Source: Eledone cirrhosa (taxonomy: Eukaryota). Taken from it: 64,000 nucleotides of DNA. The DNA lies in NCBI GenBank assembly GCA_964016885.1, contig OZ024766.1, positions 4,464,001 through 4,528,000 of the forward strand, in the 5' to 3' direction. Under the pieces are notes generated by a model. That model made no database searches. It was not told the origin of the DNA and saw only the letters and a list, made by a program, of their open reading frames with translations. Made by a program: the position numbers and the translations under genes. Positions 58,647 through 64,000 of this stretch are shown here, piece by piece; position 1 is the first letter of the stretch, and each line of letters opens with the position of its first letter.

Positions 58647-58650
<4 letters not shown>
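58312..58650. ncRNA. Family A fold-back with hammerheads at 58355-58420 (-) and 58541-58606 (+)
   Basis: TATTTTAT-CTGATGA-AAG.GCACCA..TGGTTGC.CTT-GAAA-TATATA-TA-ATAAAATA; ~155-bp arms. Confidence 0.78.
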
Positions 58651-58684
<34 letters not shown>

Positions 58685-59143
58685 TAAGAGGAATTCCAAC
58701 TTTGTCTGATTTACTCGTTTTATTTACAATCCTTTAAAATGTATAGTGGTATTAAAATGAAATAGTATGGTAGAATATTAAATGTTAAGTGTTAATTGAA
58801 CAAATACTTTCATGCTTTCGCAATCTTCAGGTTCATATTCTGTGGTGACAGTCAAGTTTGCAATTTTCAACAACACCACCACCACTACTACAGTTGAAAA
58901 TTGCAAATTTGTCCGATGAACGAATGAGGACGTTTTTCGTATTCGTCTTATTCGAGAAACCTCTGGTAATGAGGTAATTATATTGTATTGTTTATTATAC
59001 ATTATATATATATATATATATTATTAGAAAGTGAGGTATTTTTACAAAATGAAAAAAAAAACGAGGTGTCCTACACGAGTGAAAGTATAAGGAAAAAAGA
59101 TGCAACTGGAGACTTATTTTTTAAAAAATATATTTATTTGGTT

Positions 59144-59181
59144 CCTTTACCGGTTTCGCAATTCTTCTGCTTTTCAAAAGT
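59144..59181 (-). ncRNA. Family H hammerhead variant (element 59020-59208)
   Basis: CTT-TTGAAAA-GCAG.AAGAA.TTGC-GAAA-CCGG-TA-AAG. Confidence 0.55.
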
Positions 59182-59204
59182 AGAGTTGAGATGGAGGGTT
59201 TGTG

Positions 59205-59278
<74 letters not shown>

Positions 59279-59280
<2 letters not shown>

Positions 59281-59386
59281 AATAAAGTTAGTCCTTCATC
59301 AGTGATCTTCCAACCATCATTGGTATTTCAGCGATGAAATACCAATGATGGTTGGAAGATCACTGATGAAGGACTAAATTTATTCA
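59279..59386. repeat. ~52-bp-arm palindrome (single arm also at 57841-57890) containing CTGATGA
   Basis: TGAATAAAGTTAGTCCTTCATCAGTGATCTTCCAACCATCATTGGTATTTCA and its reverse complement; no complete hammerhead could be folded. Confidence 0.75.
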
Positions 59387-59439
59387 TATGTAACCCATTT
59401 GCAACCACGCAGCACGTTTGTTCTCATATTCACACACAC

Positions 59440-59529
<90 letters not shown>

Positions 59530-59569
59530 GATATTAAATAAATGGAAACTATATTTATAAAACCATATT

Positions 59570-59635
59570 TATTTCATTATATATATTTCAGGGATACCAT
59601 ATTAAAAATATGGTATGCCTTCTTCAGACAAAATA
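59570..59635 (-). ncRNA. Family A hammerhead (CUGAAGA)
   Basis: TATTTTGT-CTGAAGA-AGG.ATACCATATT..AATATGGTAT.CCT-GAAA-TATATA-TA-ATGAAATA. Confidence 0.75.
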
Positions 59636-59961
59636 CAATATAAACAGTCTTATAAATAGATAGATTTGACATACCTTACAACTTCAACTTCCATTTAAAA
59701 AGTTGATTTGGTAGTGAATAATGTTAGGGACAGTTATAAAAAGAAAGAAAGAAAAAAAGCGAAGAAGAAATGCATGCAACTAAATACTTGTTGAGTGCTT
59801 TTATATCAGTTATAATTATTTACTCGTTGTAACCCAACAATTTAAATAAAACTTTGTATATATATATATATATTTAGTTAAAACTTAGACGGGAACAAAA
59901 ACAGAGAGGCAGTACAAATAAGAGTTTATTAGGTTCACGCTTTTGGGAGTGGGAGGGTGGG

Positions 59962-59997
59962 GAACGACGTTTCGGGCATAAGCCCTTCATCAGGAGA
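59962..59997 (-). ncRNA. Penelope-type ultra-minimal hammerhead-like motif
   Basis: CTGATGA-A-GGGC.TTAT.GCCC-GAAA-CG-TC; stem I pairing is poor. Confidence 0.5.
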
Positions 59998-60337
59998 AAA
60001 CTGGGTAGGAAGAAAGTTCCGAGGGTGTGTGGGGGAGTGGTGGAAAGACATTTAGAAGGAATTGTGGTAAAGAAACAGGTGGACCATAACGCACCAGAGT
60101 ACTCAATACTTAGGGTAGTAGAATGGTTTTGTTGGCCGAACGGATCTAGTTGTGGAAACGGCCAGAGCTCAGCCGTTGGGGTCCTGACTCTTTTCCTATA
60201 TATCTATATCTATATATATACATATATATATATATACATATATATATATGTATAGTAATAATAAATGTGAAGACTAAAATCCGAAGAGGCGCCCTACCTC
60301 ATCCCCCATGCCCAAAATCACAGTTCCATATCAATAA

Positions 60338-61930
60338 TACCACCACCACTACACCACCACTACTGCCACCACTATTGCCACCACACCCACCACTACACCA
60401 CTACACCACCACCACACCACTACACCACCATCACCACTACCACCACCACACCACCACTACTACCATCACCACTACACCACACCACCATCCCCACCACTAC
60501 CATCATCACCACCACACCACCACTACCACCACCACACCACCACTACTACCATCACCACTACACCACCACCACTACACCATCACCACTACCACCACCACAC
60601 CACCACTACACCACACCACCATCCCCAGCACTAACATCACCACCACCACACCACCACTACTACCATCACCACCACCACCACCACACCACCATCCCCACCA
60701 CCACCACACCATCACCACTACCATCACTACACCACCACCACTACACCACACCACCACTACACCACACCACTACACCATCACCACTACCACCACTACACCA
60801 TCACCACTACCACCACCACTACACCACACCACCACTACCACCACCACTACACCACACCACTACACCATCACCACTACACCACCACCACTACACCATCACC
60901 ACTACACCACACCACCACACCACCATTTAGTTCTCAAAATTTCCAATAAATTTTTTTATTCAAAAATCTTCAAATTTTATATTTTTTTCCCTCTTTTGTT
61001 AAAAAGATTTTTTCGTCTTGTCTTTTTTTTTATATTTTATAGTTTTATAGTTTTATGTGTTTGTGTGTGTATTTATGTGTGTGTAGGTTTGTTTTGTCTT
61101 TCTCTGTATATGTTGTGTGTGTATGTTTGTTTTGTCTGTGTGTGTGTGTGTGTGCTTCTATGTTTGTGTATATGTTGTGTGTGTATGTTTGTTTTGTCTG
61201 TGTGCGTGTGTTTGTTTGTGTATAAGTTGTGTGTGTGTATGTTGTGTGTGTGCTTCTATGTGTGTGTGTATGTTGTGTGTGTGCTTCTATGTGTGTGTGT
61301 ATGTTGTGTGTGTATGTTGTGTGTGTGCTTCTATGTGTGTGTGTATGTTGTGTGTGTGCTTCTATGTGTGTGTGTATGTTGTGTGTGTGCATCTATGTGT
61401 GTGTGTATGTTGTGTGTGTGCATCTATGTGTGTGTGTATGTTGTGTGTGTGCTTCTATGTGTGTGTGTATGTTGTGTGTGTGTATGTTGTGTGTGTATGT
61501 TGTGTGTGTGCTTCTATGTGTGTGTGTATGTTGTGTGTGTGCATCTATGTGTGTGTGTATGTTGTGTGTGTGCTTCTATGTGTGTGTGTATGTTGTGTGT
61601 GTGCTTCTATGTTTGTGTATATGTTGTGTGTGTGCTTCTATGTGTGTGTGTATGTTGTGTGTGCTTCTATGTTTGTGTATATGTTGTGTGTGTGCTTCTA
61701 TGTGTGTGTGTATGTTGTGTGTGTGCTTCTATGTTTGTGTATATGTTGTGTGTGTGCTTCTATGTGTGTGTGTATGTTGTGTGTGTGTTTCTATGTTTGT
61801 GTATATGTTGTGTGTGTGTATGTTGTGTGTGTGCTTCTATGTTTGTGTATATGTTGTGTGTGTGCTTCTATGTGTGTGTGTATGTTGTGTGTGTGCTTCT
61901 ATGTTTGTGTATATGTTGTGTGTGTGTATG
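60338..61930. repeat. (ACC/ACT)n field and a TG-rich ~27-bp tandem repeat
   Basis: TATGTTGTGTGTGTGCTTCTATGTGTGTGTG-type units at 61090-61930. Confidence 0.9.
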
Positions 61931-62456
61931 TTTGTCTTGTCTTTCTGTGTTTGTGTTGCTCCGTCTCTCTCGTTCTCTCCTCACTCGCTTCTCACCTCCT
62001 CTCTCTCACCCTTCTCTATCTCACACATACCTCTCCCTCTTTCTCCTTATACCCCCCACCCCCACCACCACATCTCCTTATATCATCCCCACCCCCTTCT
62101 CTCCCCCCACCCCAGCCCACCCCCCCATCTTCCAGTCACGGTTGATGAAGTGAGCTTCAATCCAACACAAGAACATTGAATTAGAACTAAATTGCGCAGA
62201 GAAGGAGAAACCATTTTGCTGTGTAGCTGTGTGTGTGTAGCTGTGTGTGTAGCTGTGTGTAGCTGTGTCTGTGTGTGTGTGTAGCTGTGTGTGTGTGTGT
62301 AGCTGTGTGTGTGTGTGTAGCTGTGTGTGTGTGTGTCCGTGTGAATCACTGCTGTATGGGTGGTGGGCGGTGTGGTGGTGTGGTGTGGTTGGTGGTGTGG
62401 TGTTGGTGTGGTGGTCAGAGCGTAAATTATGATGTAGTGTTAGATGATGCAAGTAA

Positions 62457-62489
<33 letters not shown>

Positions 62490-62550
62490 CATATATACAT
62501 AAATATATATATATAAAGAGAGAGATAATATATATGTATATGTATGTATA

Positions 62551-62601
<51 letters not shown>

Positions 62602-62738
62602 GAGAGAGAGAGATTATATACATATAGAGAGAGAGAGATAATATATATGTATGTATAATGTGTATATATATAAAAAGAGAGAGAGAGAGAGATTATATAT
62701 ACATATATATAGAGAGAGATAATATGTATGTATGTATA

Positions 62739-62780
<42 letters not shown>

Positions 62781-62837
62781 AGAGAGAGAGAGAGATTATA
62801 TATATATATAGAGAGAGAGAGATAATATATATGTATG

Positions 62838-62898
<61 letters not shown>

Positions 62899-63421
62899 AG
62901 AGAGAGAGAGAGATTATATATATATATATATATAGAGAGATAATATATATGTATGTATGTGTATATATATATATATATATATATTTATAAACAGTTCTAA
63001 ATATTAAGACCCAGTATTTTGAATATGAAGTTTGCGTGTATATAGAACACAACTGTAAGTGTAGGCATGTTTGTGTGTTGTAAGGGTTGTGAACCTTTGT
63101 TAAGTTATGTTCCCAACACCCCTGGTTCTATGATACAAAACTGTTTTAAACTCTCTACATTTATTTATTTAGTGTTTGGCATCTTTTAACAGTTTCTTTT
63201 TTTTCTTATTAATTTTCCAGGTCCTAAACTAATGGAACGTAACTAAACGCAACCTCGTGAGAAAGAAGAACCTGTGGAAATATATTTAACCTTGTTTCAA
63301 ATGTCATCAGAGACATTCTTACTATTTATACCTGGGTACGGGTAGAAAACTTGATTGGAGTGGGAGGGGGGGGGGTCCCATAGAAACAGCTCCCTATTTA
63401 TCTCACACACTCTCATATATC

Positions 63422-63452
<31 letters not shown>

Positions 63453-63507
63453 GTGAGGTTTTTTTAACAAAATGAAAAATAACCGAGGTGTCCTACACGA
63501 GTGAAAG

Positions 63508-63805
63508 TATAAAGAGAAAGAGATGAAATCGAAAATGCAACTGGAGTCTTATTTTTTTAAAAAATATATATATTTATTTGGTTCCTTTACCGGTTTCGCA
63601 GTTCTTCTGCTTTTCAAAAGTAGAGTTGAGATGGAGGGTCTGTGGTTTTTCTCACATCTGTGAGAAAAACCACAGACCCTCCATCTCAACTCACCTTTTG
63701 AAAAGCAGAAGAACTGCGAAACCGGTAAAGGAACCAAATAAATATATATATTTTTTTTAAAAATAAGACTCCAGTTGCATTTTCGATTTCATCTCTTTTT
63801 CTTTA
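63508..63805. ncRNA. Family H fold-back with U3-A8 variant hammerheads at 63584-63621 (-) and 63694-63731 (+)
   Basis: CCTT-TTGAAAA-GCAG.AAGAA.CTGC-GAAA-CCGG-TA-AAGG, then AATAAA; ~145-bp arms centred near 63657. Confidence 0.65.
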
Positions 63806-63825
63806 TATATATATATATATATATA

Positions 63826-64000
63826 TCAATGATATTAAATAAATGGGAACTACATTTATTCTATTATATATATTTCAAGGGCACCAAAACTTTGGAAGGC
63901 TCTCATCAGATAAAATACAAAGTTTGTTTTGTAAATATTGACATGTCAATATTTATAAAACAAACTTTGTATTTTATCTGATGAGAGCCTTCCAAAGTTT
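63826..64000. ncRNA. Family A fold-back: hammerhead 63857-63917 (-); the plus copy starts at 63970 and runs off the window
   Basis: Centre AATATTGACATGTCAATATT at ~63943; TATTTTAT-CTGATGA at 63970-63984. Confidence 0.72.

Overview
Eukaryotic, AT- and microsatellite-rich genomic DNA, most likely a coleoid cephalopod (Octopus-like, inferred from the tandem [11 protein letters not shown] zinc fingers and the SINE types). Two host genes are supported: a 16-finger C2H2 zinc-finger gene (minus strand, 15416-16783, probable non-coding first exon near 20.0-20.2 kb) and a Beta3/Olig-family bHLH gene (BHLHE22/23-like, plus strand, ~33.7-35.9 kb) whose very long low-complexity N-terminus is split by a one-base frame discrepancy. 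1-13.9 kb is a compound higher-order satellite built from a TTAA-flanked piggyBac-like MITE whose sub-segments have expanded into 44/39-bp and 60/72-bp minisatellites. 20.3-24.1 kb is an inverted duplication of a dead CRE-clade retrotransposon around a 70-bp hairpin satellite. The main unannotated signal is in 24-64 kb: about 30 minimal type-I hammerhead ribozyme motifs (stem I-CUGANGA-stem II-GAAA-palindromic stem III-UH-stem I) in roughly ten unrelated short element families. They sit in (TA)n tracts, often as fold-back palindromes, and look like non-autonomous Penelope-like/retrozyme-type elements. Most ORFs in the supplied track are artefacts of simple repeats. All coordinates were counted by hand and may be off by a few bases.
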